Part shown: one piece after another, positions 38,628 to 50,862 of the stretch
How positions within the stretch are numbered: position 1 is the stretch's first letter
How the letters are laid out: each line of letters begins with the position of its first letter
Assembly: GCA_964016885.1 (NCBI GenBank)
Contig: OZ024741.1
Span: forward strand, 145,576,001 to 145,640,000
Source: Eledone cirrhosa
Taxonomy: Eukaryota
Length of the DNA: 64,000 nt
Direction: 5' to 3'
Notes under the pieces: generated by a model
What the model saw: only the letters and a program-made list of their open reading frames with translations
Told to the model about the DNA's origin: nothing
Databases searched by the model: none
Translations under genes and position numbers: made by a program

Positions 38628-40334
38628 AATCTCTATTTAATATGCTATTGTTGAAAATGTGCAAAGCAAAATATATCCTATACCCTTAGTAAATATTTCA
38701 CTTAGGTAAATAATATTTATTTGGACGAAATGTACTTTTCTGAAGTTTCAACAACCTAGTAACTTTAAATATCCCTTTTCCCTCCAACTCATACAATGTT
38801 TTGCACAATCAACACTACCATCTAACCCTTGGGTCTCTTTAGAAGTATCCATTCTTTTGCAATCATTCAGGCCAGGAGTTTGGTTTGAGAATACCTTCCT
38901 CTCTTTCTCCCACCAGTTGCAGCGAATCTGAAAATAGTCATTCACACTGCCCTACTTTCACCGATAGAGTGAAAAAAAAATTTGGAAAGTATTTAAATTT
39001 CCCTTTCCTTTCATTTCACTACTCTCCTTCTCTCCCTCTCCTAGTTGCTGTCTGTCTCTCTCCAACTACTTCTCACTTTCATTTTCTGGTTCATCCAATC
39101 ATCTATCCATTTGAAATGAAGTAGACTTGATTCCTTAATTAAAACTACGAAGAATTGAAAAAGTAAAACATAATTCAAACAGCTATTTAAAAATAAAAAA
39201 TAAAACATTTATTTTCTGATTGCAATTTCTATTTCTTCAAATGAAATAAAAGAAAAGAAGTTATTTCAGTTATTGAGAGAGAAAATGATGTTTATAAATC
39301 ATCTGAAACTGGTTTTTGTGAGGAAAACTTACATCCCCAAACTGATTGTCATTAAAATTTACAACATGCTCCTGTATCTTACCGAGAGCAAACTTTGTTT
39401 ATTAAGATTTAAGTTTAACTCTTATTTCATTTGATACATCTGCAAAACACAACACACAACAATAATGACAACAAGGGCAACAACAAAATAAATGATGACA
39501 ACAAGAAAAACAACAACAGAAGAACAAATGTAACTTGTTTCCTTAACATTTTGATTATTCTGTTATTTCCTGTGGAATTCATTTGAAATTAATGTGTGAA
39601 ATGAGTTTGTTAGATGTTTCTCAGACTTGTTTATTTTTATAAGTACTTTCCAAAAATAAGCAAATGTATACAGTTTAGTTACAAAATATATACAGTGTAC
39701 TTACATAATATATAAACACAAAAATTGCCCAGTCCACACTGTAAAGTTGGTGTTATGACAAAAAGCACCCAGTCTACACTGTAAAGTGCTCATCCTGGTG
39801 CCACAATAAAAAGCACCCTTTCCACACAGTAAATGTGGGTGGCATTAGGAAAGGCATCCAGCCATAGAAACAAAGCCAGAAAAGATATTTATTATAGTTT
39901 ACTAAATACATCAAAGGCCGTATGCAGTTTATTTTCATCTCCATCAAACATATTTCACTGTCCATTCTATCAGAGGGTATAAAAATTGTCTAACAATTTC
40001 ACACAACATAACATTTTTTTTTATTCCTCCAAAAAATTCAAAAAGTTTAAAAAATTAAAAAATTCCTTTAAAAAAATTTCTTTAAAAAATTTTCTTCTCA
40101 AGATATGAGGGACCAGCAGAATAACCACCCATATTGTAAACCAAGTTATACAAAATGTGCCATGCCAAATGACTGGCATAGCAGCAGCATCGACAACTGC
40201 TACAAGAACAGGGGGAACTACTGAGGCATAAAAATGATAGGACCAGGTCATGAAAGTTACACGTCATGAAAAAGTAATTGTACAACTGATTAGGAATCGA
40301 TTAAGCCTAGATGAGATATAGTTTAGGTTTGTCA

Positions 40335-41105
40335 CAGGAAGAATTATCATGGCTGCATCCTTCCTTGTGAGGCAACGACAGAAGTACCTAGCTAGCTAAA
40401 AGCAAACTCCTCTACTTGGCATTTTTTTACCTAGAGAAAGCTTTTGATAGGGTCCTCTATTCTGTAATCTGGTGGGCACAAGGAAGTTAGGGTCCCCCAA
40501 GGCTCTATCCTCAGCCCACTCCTATTTATTATCATCCTCCAGGCTATAACAGAAGAGTTTATAACAGGAGGATAATCTAATTCTCATAGTTGAATCCATG
40601 TCAGAACTAGAGATAAAATCCTGGCATAACCTGGAATCAAAAGGTCTTAAAGTCAATATGGCAAAGACCAAAGTTCTAGTAAGTAATAATAAAAAATGGC
40701 CCTGACTCCTTCTGGAAAATGACCATGCTCAATGTGTAGGAAAGGAATGAGCAGAAATTCCATCTTTTGTCCCAAATGCAAACTATGGGTGCACAAGAGA
40801 TGTAGTGGGATCCAAGGTAAGTTAGCTAAGTATGTAGGTTTTACATGTGGCAGTTGTACAGGAGCAGTAAGTAACAAACACTCATAGGTTTTGTGCTCAA
40901 AATGATGGGCAGATTGTATGATGCATGCATATGAGCAACTATGTTACATGATAGTGAGACCTGGGCTTTATGTGCAGAGGGCCTGTGAAGATTGGAAAGA
41001 AATGAAGCTGGCATGCTTCATTGGGCAAAGCATAAATGCATAAATGAACTGAGAAACTGGGTATAAAAAGCTACAGGGCACTTAAAGTTGATGGTAGCTA
41101 CGAAA
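40335..41105 (+). pseudogene. decayed RTE LINE RT with internal deletions
   Basis: KAFDRV, QGSILSPLLF, SIFCPKCKLWVHKRC. Confidence 0.85.
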
Positions 41106-41730
41106 GGTGATCCTACCATCCCATATGCTTTCCGCGTCTTAGCAATTATTCCCATGGCCCAATTTTGACCATTTCTTCAGATTGTAAGAGCAATCAAATT
41201 TGTGACCTAGTCCCCAGGTGCTTAGATGAATTTGAAGATACCGTTAAAAATATGGCATGTTAAATGCTTCTTTTTGAAAAGGTAGAATAAGGAAAAGAAA
41301 TGTTAGTATTCGTGTGTTAGCATTTGTATATAATATACCATTAGCATATAATATACCAGCTCTCATACCTGATTCAGCACTGTTTTACTTTTTACTTTTT
41401 CACATCCACCAATAGTTTCATGTGGGTTGGTATCAAAAAGGATAAGCAAAATAAACACATGCTTCGGGCATCAAGGGAAAAGCGATATTAACTGTATTTA
41501 AGTGTATTTTTCATTCCCAACAAAACAATTTTTGCTTACTTAATATATAGAAGGGAGCACTATAATCATTTAAGGGCTCAAGGCCTAAAAAAGATCTTAT
41601 ATCAGCCCAGGATACAAATACATATTTCTCACATTGAAAATGCCTTTAGTCTCTTTGTTTATGCAAAATCATTTTAACTTCTAGCACTATGTGATTTGAA
41701 TGAATCAGTAGTTTCTCCATTCAAGATTGT

Positions 41731-41912
41731 TTAATCCTTCTGTGACCATATTCCTATTTCAATGAATCAATGAAGAATTATTTCAATACTAAGATAGTAA
41801 TTTATTATGTGGTTCTTAAATAAAACTTAAATACGTAGAAACCTTTTAAAATGGGTGGTTTCTTTCCATAAAACAAGAGCTAGTTTTGGCTGGGCTGGTA
41901 GTAAAAGGGTTG
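41731..41912. mobile_element. TTAA-type MITE
   Basis: TTAATCCTT...GGTAGTAAAAGGGTTGA. Confidence 0.5.
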
Positions 41913-42054
41913 ATATGTGGTTTCAAACAATTATGCATAAGGAAAGAACAGACACCAAGGAACCCCCTCTGTCCTCCCAACCAATCTTATTTCAATACTT
42001 TACTTTTACTCTAATGACTGCCTTATAATGCACTGTACTCCCACACACATACAC

Positions 42055-42132
42055 AATAAAAATAAAAATAAAAATAAAAATAAAAATAAAAATAAAAATA
42101 AAAATAAAAATAAAAATAAAAATAAAAATAAA
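42055..42132. repeat. (AATAAA)n hexamer microsatellite
   Basis: About 13 perfect units. Confidence 0.95.
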
Positions 42133-43499
42133 AAGAAAAAGAAGAATGGCAACTATAACGACTTCAACACAAATAGCAACATTAACAGCAACAATAACAA
42201 CAGCACTACAACTATCACTACGGACAACACCACTACCACCATTAATAACGACAGCAGACTTACTCTAGAGTCAAACAATTACTCTTCTGCAGCATTGACT
42301 ATATTTCTGCAGCTCTGCCTATATTTCCACCTTTGTTGTTTCTACCAGTGATTGATGGATTTGACTGAAAACTAAGTTATCTATTTGTAATAAAGTTAAC
42401 CCAATCACTATACAAATTGCTGCCTTCAACCCACCAAAATTACTTATGTCAGAAAGACTATAATGTACTAAATTGATATATTTAAAACATATTAATGGCG
42501 GTTTTTTTTGTTTTCTCTCTTTCTTTCCTTTTTTTCAGCAGAATTTTTGTTCTTTCTTTTTTTCTTATTCTTAGTATTTACAGTGTAATGTAGAAAACAA
42601 ATATTTGTTCACCCTTTCATTACCACATTTCCAATGAAAGTCACTGCCTATGATTTTTAAACCATTGTGGTCAGAAAATGAAAATTTTGATTATCACAAA
42701 TCTTTTTAAATAATCAAGAATGTGAAATGATTTAGTATTATAACTTTCTCGTTATTAAGCAGGTGATTGAAACTTAAAGATTCTTATATGGAAGATTTTA
42801 AATATAAGTTGTTAGCTGCCGAGACACCGCATCCTTTAAAACCTCCATGCTTCCTGAAGTTCGCCAACACTACACTTGATATCCCCCCTCCATACACACG
42901 CACACATGTATATCATGACTCATACACTGTTCACTTTCCTGACATTTGTACATTTTTCTATGTACTATACATGCACTTTCAATAATTTCATCATTATTAT
43001 TATTATTATAAGCACCTTAAAACAAAAAGTTTTCTATAATAGAACCTGGGGCAATTTCAAGTAATTTGGTAACAATAGGGCTATACAAAAGTGTGCATTT
43101 CTTTCTACGAAAGATAACTAGTTGAAATTAAGTTTAACTAAGTCAAAATAAATTCTCTTTTAACTTCATGACTGACTGATTATAAGTGAGGTTATAGATA
43201 TCTCTATATTGTTTTTTTGGTAGGTCTGGGGGAGAGGTAACACGTCCATGGCTTCCACATGACCACAGAGGACTGAAAGATCACTGCTGTTGATATTCCA
43301 CTTAAATTATTCTAGGTACACTCTTTTTGAAAATTCATGAGCAGGGAGGAGATTCTAAAAGATTGGTGTTCTGAGCCAGGAAATACTGGGCATAGTGGTT
43401 AGTGTGGGGTACGAAAGAGTTGAACACAGCATAGATAATGAGAGAAGGAAAGATGAGTAGGTCAGTACAGTGTTCCAAAGGGCTAATAAAATTCATGGC

Positions 43500-43790
43500 T
43501 GCATTTATCATGTGTAGTGTTTAGTGTGAGCCTGCAGGGAAGAGGTAGGAGAGACACAAATATGTCAGCATAGAGGGAGTTCCAGACAGCAAACACTTTG
43601 AGCAGAAAGGACTGGACATATTGGTTAGTATAGGAAATGGGATATCAGAACACAGGTGATATGAGAGATGACTGGGTTTGGAATGTTTGAGTGAAGTTAG
43701 CATAAAGCCAGTAGGCTCCACCAATGAGATACTATTGCAGTACTAGTAAATGAAGAAAAGGGAGAAGATATCACTTATGGGGTCCAAAAG
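43500..43790 (-). pseudogene. decayed CR1/L2-group LINE 3' end
   Basis: QSFLLKVFAVWNSL resembles the SF..R...WNSLP C-terminal motif. Confidence 0.4.
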
Positions 43791-43946
43791 TCAGTGAAAT
43801 ATTATTGTTTTATTAAAGTTAAAATATGCAAATGAGTTGAAATATAATCTCAGCATCTAAAAGACACAAAAGAGCTGGCCTTTGGGACCAGTGAGGGCTG
43901 TGTTGTTGGTATATATATATATATATATATATGTGTGTATGTATAT

Positions 43947-44263
43947 ATCATCATCATCATCATCGTTTAACGTCCATCTTCCACGCTTGCATGGGTTTGG
44001 ACGGGAGTTTTCCCACTTGAGGCAAGATTGGTTGTCCTGCTCGTATGGGACTGTCTGGCAGGTTTTCTACGGCTGGATGCCCTTCCTAACACCAACCACG
44101 TTTACAGTGTGGACTGGGAGGTTTTTACCGTGTTACATACACGGCCACATTACAGCGTGGACTGTGTGTTTTTTTGTCGTGACACCTACACGTCTGGCAG
44201 GGTTTTCTACGGCTGGGTGCCCTTCCCAACACCAACCACGTTTACAGTGTGTACTGGGAGGTT
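43947..44263 (-). mobile_element. RTE LINE 3' UTR fragment
   Basis: (ATC)n-GTTTAACGTCC...GGATGCCCTTCCTAACACCAACC. Confidence 0.85.
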
Positions 44264-44293
44264 TATATATATATATATATATTAATATGTATG

Positions 44294-44351
<58 letters not shown>

Positions 44352-44359
44352 TATGTATG

Positions 44360-44395
<36 letters not shown>

Positions 44396-44407
44396 TATGT
44401 ATGTATG

Positions 44408-44445
<38 letters not shown>

Positions 44446-44528
44446 TATGTATGTATGTACATAAAATGATGATGATATATATATATACATATATATATGT
44501 ATTGTAATAAACAACATAAGATAATTAT

Positions 44529-44589
44529 TTCATTTACCAGTGCTTTCTTGAAGACAGATGTTGTGTCTGTCTTCAGTCGTCAGAATTAA
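44529..44589 (-). ncRNA. type I hammerhead ribozyme (family H2)
   Basis: TTAATT-CTGACGA-C-TGAAGACAGA/TCTGTCTTCA-A-GAAA-GCACTGGTA|AATGAA. Homologous to 47213 and 47361. Confidence 0.6.
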
Positions 44590-44983
44590 TAAAAACATGG
44601 TGTATTTATTAAATATGGATTTGAAAACAAAATTTAGGAAATATGAAAATGAGGCTGAACAAAACGGGCGAAAAGGGAAAAAAGGGAAAATATATATATA
44701 AAAATATAAATATCCAGAACGTAAACATACACATACTCAACTACGCGCATATACTAAAATGTACCTAGACGGATACTTTCTCACATAAGCGTATTTGCGT
44801 CTACATAGAAAAACGGACAGGAACATAAATACATACACAAACATATACATAGATACATACACATACAGGTACACAAATATATATGCACTCAAAAATGCAC
44901 ACAGAAATATGGACAGTAGTTAGGAAACAGGAATAACTAAATAAATAAATAAGAACAAAATAATAGAAAAAAATATATGTATA

Positions 44984-45932
44984 TCTGGATATATATAAAA
45001 TTAAGTGTGTGTATTACCTATAGGGGCCTACATCTTACGACCGATTTTCATGAAACTTTACAGGCTCATAGATTAGTCATCGGGGAGTGTTTTCTATATA
45101 TCAGCGTATCGTTTTTTTTTTTTATTCCGGGGTCATTCTGCAGATAAAAATCGATGATGGCGAGGGGGTCACCTCTTTTTAGGTATCGAAAAATAAGATT
45201 TTTGGCTCTAGCTCCCACATTTTGCCACTGATTTCGTTCAAATTTTAAAGCAAAATAGAATTTATCATTGCACATCCAGTAATTGCTTTATATTTTGCAT
45301 TTGTTGTTCAGGGACGGCGTGGCAGCCGCTTAAACTTTTTCGGCTCTAGCTCCCACATTAATCAACTTACTTTGTTCACATTTTACACTACGCTAGATCT
45401 GATTATTTCACGTCGTAAAGTGGCTTTACATTTTGGATATTTTTTGTTCAGGAACGGCGTGGCAGCCGATTAAATATTCAAAAATACCACATTTCCGCCT
45501 TTTCCCACATTTTTCAACCGATTTCGTTCAAATTCGAAACTTCGGCTCCACCTCACACATAAATCAATTTATTTGGTTCAACCTTTATACTACGATAGAA
45601 CCTATCATTGCACATCTTATAGATGGTCAAAGGCAAAACGATGGCCACTCACGTCGTCTGAGCTTTTAGTTGTGTATTTGAGAATTCATCGGTTTCCAAT
45701 CAATTAGCGTGAGGAAATTTGGCTTAGTGTTAGAGGTCATTACCTCCCTCCCCCAGTATGCCCCTTCGTCAGTCACCCGCGTTTCTCAGTGATAGAGGTC
45801 ACCACCACCCTCTCCGCATGGCCTGCGTGTGGCCATAGATGAGTCATCGAGAAGTAGTCGCTAAGATCAACATCTTTTCATCAAAGCAGATATTATTTTA
45901 CCTACCCAGGCAACGCTGGGTACTGTTGCTAG
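44984..45932 (+). mobile_element. non-autonomous Helitron
   Basis: A|TC 5' end, 3' hairpin CCCAGGCAACGCTGGG, terminal CTAG|T, internal ~130-bp tandem subrepeats. Confidence 0.8.
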
Positions 45933-45944
45933 TATATATATATA

Positions 45945-46284
45945 TCACTCATTCACTCTCTGCTACTCCCTCTCCTAATTCCTCCCGTTTGACCTGTGCG
46001 AAATTCTTTCCTTACTCACATTTCGTCCAGGTTTGATGGTCTTTATTCTCTCTCGTCCACGATTTCACAGAACTTATGTTCATCGATTTCAAGGACTTGA
46101 CTCCTTTTTCCTCACTTTTCGTTGCATTACCATCTTTGTTTGATTACTGTCTTGCTCGTTCCCCCTATTTACGTGTCCCAACGACTTTCTTTAGCCGTTG
46201 CTCGCACCAATCAGAGGTATATGGTCTTTAAAGCGATGAAATACCAATGAAGGCTGGAAGATCACTGATGAAGGACTAATTTTA

Positions 46285-46288
<4 letters not shown>
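45945..46288 (+). mobile_element. unclassified repeat in (TA)n (copy of 8585-8878)
   Basis: Shared GGTTTGATGGTCTTTATTCTCTCTCG...GGAAGATCACTGATGAAGGAC. Confidence 0.7.
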
Positions 46289-46327
<39 letters not shown>

Positions 46328-46831
46328 AAGAAAAGATCAAAAACAAAATAAAGTAAAAAGAGGGAGACGTGTTGACAACGATAGGTGTGAGTGTGCGGGT
46401 GGGGGGATAAATAAAAACAACTTAACTATATATCACTTTTTAACTATATACCCTTATCCAGATCTCATCACAAACACTTACTCTCTACTACAACTTTTAC
46501 AACCCTTTCCCCCCTTACCTGTTCTTAATAATTGTTTTTATTATTTTATTTCAGTTTTACAGCCCTTTGTCCTTACTTACCCACTAGGTTTTTAAGCGTA
46601 CTCACATAAACTTAAATGTGGGCGCATATGCAGACAGGCTTATGTGTACTTACATATATACGTGTTTTTATTTATATGTATGTGTGTGTGTGTCTCTCTA
46701 TATATATATATGTATGTATAAATATTTCGTATCTCCAAAGAAATACAGTTTTAGGAAGCCGTAGCTATGCAAACACCGGGGGGGGGGGGGCTAATGCCCT
46801 CTGGTGATGTCCAGCAGAAGCAAGGGGGACA

Positions 46832-46875
46832 ACCATCTATGCATCTCAGGCTTAACTGGCCTTCGTCAGGATGGT
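46832..46875 (-). ncRNA. minimal type I hammerhead (GAGA variant)
   Basis: ACCATC-CTGACGA-AGGC/GCCT-GAGA-TGCATA|GATGGT. Stem I is a perfect 6 bp and stem III is the palindrome ATGCAT. Confidence 0.65.
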
Positions 46876-47015
46876 CCCTCACATATATACTTTTCTCGTC
46901 TGTGTAAATAAGTTGAGCCAACTTATGCAGCTTCATATGCAAATGAGATTAATCACCTCATTTACACAGACGAGAAAATGCTCTAACCACTAAGCCATGT
47001 GCCCCCATGTATATG

Positions 47016-47077
<62 letters not shown>

Positions 47078-47212
47078 GATATATAGATATATTTATATAT
47101 ATATACATATGTATGAATGAAGTATTTCCGTTGGGTAGGTACTGGAAAAAAGAGTGCTCTATGTAGGCTACAGAGCTTATTAGTTATGTAATAAACAAGA
47201 TAAGATAATTAT

Positions 47213-47273
47213 TTCATTTACCAGTGGTTTCTTGAAGGCAGATGTTGTGCCTGTCTTCAGTCGTCAGAATGAA
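47213..47273 (-). ncRNA. type I hammerhead ribozyme
   Basis: TTCATT-CTGACGA-stem II-GAAA-CCACTGGTA|AATGAA, GUA triplet, 6-bp stem I. Confidence 0.75.
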
Positions 47274-47360
47274 TAAATAACATGTTCTTATTAAATATGA
47301 ATTTGGAAACAAAATGTTTTGATTTCAAATCCATATTTAATAAAAACACCATGTTATTTA

Positions 47361-47421
47361 TTGATTCTGACGACTGAAGACAGACACAACATCTGCCTTC
47401 AAGAAACCACTGGTAAATGAA
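47361..47421 (+). ncRNA. type I hammerhead ribozyme (mirror copy)
   Basis: TTGATT-CTGACGA-...-GAAA-CCACTGGTA|AATGAA, with one stem I mismatch. Confidence 0.7.
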
Positions 47422-47481
47422 ATAATTATCTTATATTGTTTATTACATAACTAATATATACATATGTATATATATCAGGAA

Positions 47482-47530
47482 GCTTCCTGATGATTTCTCC
47501 TGAATGAAATAGTTCTAGTCCTGTAGAAGC
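47482..47530 (+). ncRNA. type I hammerhead ribozyme
   Basis: GCTTC-CTGATGA-T-TTC/GAA-T-GAAA-TAG..CTGTA|GAAGC. Confidence 0.65.
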
Positions 47531-47630
47531 CATTTCTATATTAAATATTTATACTCTGCAATGTATTGAGTACATTACTTACTGTGGTTACCCCTTATTG
47601 AACCCGGGATAAATTTATATATATATATGT

Positions 47631-48752
47631 ATCATCATTATCATCATCATTTTACATCCGCTTTTCCCTGTTTGCAAGGGTGGGATGGGTCCTATTCAGC
47701 ACAGCATCTCTCCACTTGTCACAGTTTGTCATCAACTCCTCTGTGAGTTTCAGCGATCTGAGGTCCTGAGGTTACCTCTCACCACCTCCACCCATGTTTT
47801 TCATGGTCTTCCTCTACTGCGTCTTCCTTCTACTGGGATTTCCTGGCACTTCTTTACCCAGCGGTAATCCTCCATGTGCATCATATGTCCATACGATCTC
47901 AGTCTTCTCTCCTGCACACCACAACTTATCCCTCTTATGCCCAGTTACTTTCTCAACTCGTCTATGCTTGGTTGATCATGCACATTGACATTGCACATCC
48001 AACGGAGCATGCTTGCTTCATTTCTCTCCAGCGTCGCATATCCTCTGCAGTTGCAGCCCATGTCTCACTACCATGCAGCATTGCGCATCTCACACAGGCA
48101 TCATATAACCATCCTTTCATTCGCAGGGAGAAACCCTTCTTTGTCAACAGAGGAAGCAGCTCTCTAAACTTCTTCCAACCCGTCCTTATTCTAGATACTT
48201 TGGACTCGGAACACCCCCCTCCCATGCTAATCTGATCACCTAGGTACCAGAAGCTATCAACCACTTATGTAGAACCCACCTGCCTTGGAAAAATGTGTCT
48301 ATTACTGCGATTACTACTGCCAACTTTCCCTGTACATCTACTGCATACGTAGTTTTCCCTACCTGTTAGTTTGCCTGCTGTCCCACTACATCTGTTGTGT
48401 ACCCAAGATCTGCATTGCACACATTTTATGGAATTTATGCCAGTTCCTTTTCTACATATCGAACATGGCCATTTCCCTGATGGAATCAGTATTGTCCTCT
48501 TTTCTACTTATCAACACTTTTGTCTTAGCTATGTTCACTCACAGTCCTCTTGATTCCAATTTTTGTTTCCATAGCCAGAATTTATTCTCTAGCTCCTCTA
48601 CTGGTTCTGCTATAAGAACCAGATCATCATCATAGAGAAGTTCCCATGGGCATCTTAAACTCCTCTGTTATGGCTTTGAGGACTATAATGAACAAGAGCG
48701 GGCTGAGGACCGAACCCTGATGTACACCTACTTGTATCTGGAATTCCTCACT
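47631..48752 (-). pseudogene. RTE LINE 3' fragment (subfamily sharing its tail with SINE B)
   Basis: HQGSVLSPLLF, PWELLYDDDL, VDSFWYLGD, MLHGSETW. Tail CCCACCCTTGCAAACAGGGAAAAGCGGATGTAAAA(TGA)n. Confidence 0.9.
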
Positions 48753-49105
48753 AATGTATATATATATATGTATATGTGTTTATGTATATGTGTTTATGTA
48801 TGTGTGTCAGAGTGTGTGCACATATCATCATCACCATCATTACCCACGATAGCAATGGTTAGATGGGTGGCCCTGTTTGATGCAAGTTGAGTCAGGTGAC
48901 TGTGTCTTGCTTGCACAGAACTGTTTCTGGCTTGGTTTCTATAGCTGGATGCTCTTCCTAATGCCAACCACATTTAGAGTGTGTACTGGGTGCTTTTTGC
49001 TGTGACTCCTACATGACCACTTTACAGTATGGGCTGGAGGCTTCACTAGATGTATGCTTTAGACTGTCCTCATGAGAGGTGTATGTAATTTAGGCTAAAA
49101 CTAAA

Positions 49106-49547
49106 GACCTTCAAGATAGTAAAGAATCATCTGTACTCTACCAACATGCTAAAATAGAACATAAGGGTAAATTAGAGAACATAGAAATAAAAATAGAATC
49201 TACACACAGAAAAGACGCTATGTTTAGACAAATCACAGAGGCAATAAACATAAAAGAATTACAACCAAAATTAAATAGAAAACATGAGTGGAAACAGCAA
49301 CATCACAACTTACAATTAAGGACAAAATGAAAACACACACACACATAGAACAAACAACCAACCAGTAACATGTAAATAAACACATTAATAAACGAATATA
49401 AACACACACAGACACCTGGATGTGGCGCATGCGCAGACTGAGCACACAACACACACACAGAAACAAGATGGCGTAGGACAGAACAAAGGAGAGGCACAAA
49501 AACAAAGAAAAGAATCCCCAGTCACTGAAGAGGTCACAGAATGTGTT
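49106..49547 (+). mobile_element. PLE 3' fragment (same family as 8963-10822)
   Basis: Highly similar to 10210-10651: ESSVLYQHAKIEH..RQITEAINI. Confidence 0.9.
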
Positions 49548-49555
49548 AATTAAGC

Positions 49556-50395
49556 TTCCTGAGATCCCGCTACATCTCTTGTGTACCCATTGTTTGCATT
49601 TGGGGCAGAGAATGGAGTTCCTACCTACACCTTTCCTACATACTGAGCAAGGCCATTTCCCTGAGGGGAGCTGGGTTCTGTTTTCTCGTCTACTTACAAG
49701 GACTTAGTCTTTGTAATGTTGACTTTGAGACCCTTTCTTTCTAGTCCCTGCTTCCAAGTTTGGAATTTCTTCTCTAGTTCTACCATAGATTCAGCTATAA
49801 GTGCGAGGTCATCAGCATACAGGAGTTCCCATGGGCATCTGGTCTTAAACTCCTCTGTTATTGCCTGCAGGACTATGATGAACAGGAGAGGGCTAAGAAC
49901 AGAGCCCTGGTGGACCCCAACCTGTACGCTAAATTCCTTGCTATACTCATTGTTAATCCTAACTTTGCTGACTGCTCCCCTATACATGGCTTGTACAGCT
50001 TTCACAAGCCATTCATCTACTCCTAGTTTTCTAAGAGCCCACCAGATTACAGCACGTGTAACTCTGTCAAAGGCTTTCTTGAGATCGACGAATGCAAGGT
50101 AGAGTGGCTTACTTTTGGCTAGGTACTTTTCCTGTAATTGCCTCACAAGGAAGAGGGCATCAGTGGTGCCTCTTCCTGGTACAAACCCAAATTGCATCTC
50201 ATCTATTTTCACCCGGTCCCTAATCAACTGTGCTATAACTTTTTTATTACTTTCATGACCTAGTCCATCAGCTTTATACCTCTATAGCTTCCTCTATCTA
50301 GTTCATCACCTTTACCTTTGTAGCAGTTGACAATGATGCTACTGCACCAATCTTTTAGTATGACACCTTCTAGTATTACCTGGTTAACAATATTG
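49556..50395 (-). pseudogene. RTE LINE RT fragment
   Basis: YRGIKL, QFGFVPGRGTTDA, FVDLKKAFDRV, HQGSVLSP, LYADD. Confidence 0.93.
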
Positions 50396-50399
50396 GTCG

Positions 50400-50534
50400 C
50401 AACTCCAGGTAGAAGGAGCAACGTGAAATAAAGTGTCTTGTTCAAGGACACAACACATCGCCTGGTCCAGGAATCAAACTCACAACCTCAGGATTGCGAA
50501 TCCAATTCTCTAACCACTCAGCCACACGCCTTCA

Positions 50535-50536
<2 letters not shown>
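50400..50536 (-). mobile_element. tRNA-derived SINE 5' half
   Basis: Reverse complement GGCGTGTGGCTGAGTGGTTAGA..GAGTTTGATTCC..TCCTTGAACAAGACAC. Confidence 0.75.
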
Positions 50537-50599
<63 letters not shown>

Positions 50600-50617
50600 A
50601 TATATATATATATGTAT

Positions 50618-50862
50618 ATCATCATCATTATCATCATCAACGTTTAACGTCTGTGTTCCACGCTTGCATGGGTTTGGACGGGGGTTTTCCCACTTGAGGC
50701 AAGAGTGATTATCTTGCTCGCATAGGACTATCTGGCGGGTTTTCTACAGCTGGATGCCCTTCCTAACACCAACCACATTTACAGTGTGGGGCTGGGAGGT
50801 TTTTACCGTGTTGCCTACACGGCCACATTACAGCGTGGACTGTCTGGCGGGTTTTCTACAGA
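50618..50862 (-). mobile_element. RTE LINE 3' UTR fragment
   Basis: Matches the reverse complement of 58085-58320. Confidence 0.85.

Larger units (their letters stand above)
47112..47456 (-). mobile_element. palindromic hammerhead-bearing element (family H2)
   Basis: Inverted arms at 47178-47314 and 47317-47456, an ~65-nt extra tail on the left, TA flanks. Confidence 0.85.

Noticed and set aside
42055-42132. Tandem polyadenylation signals
   Set aside because: A simple hexamer microsatellite with no associated gene evidence.
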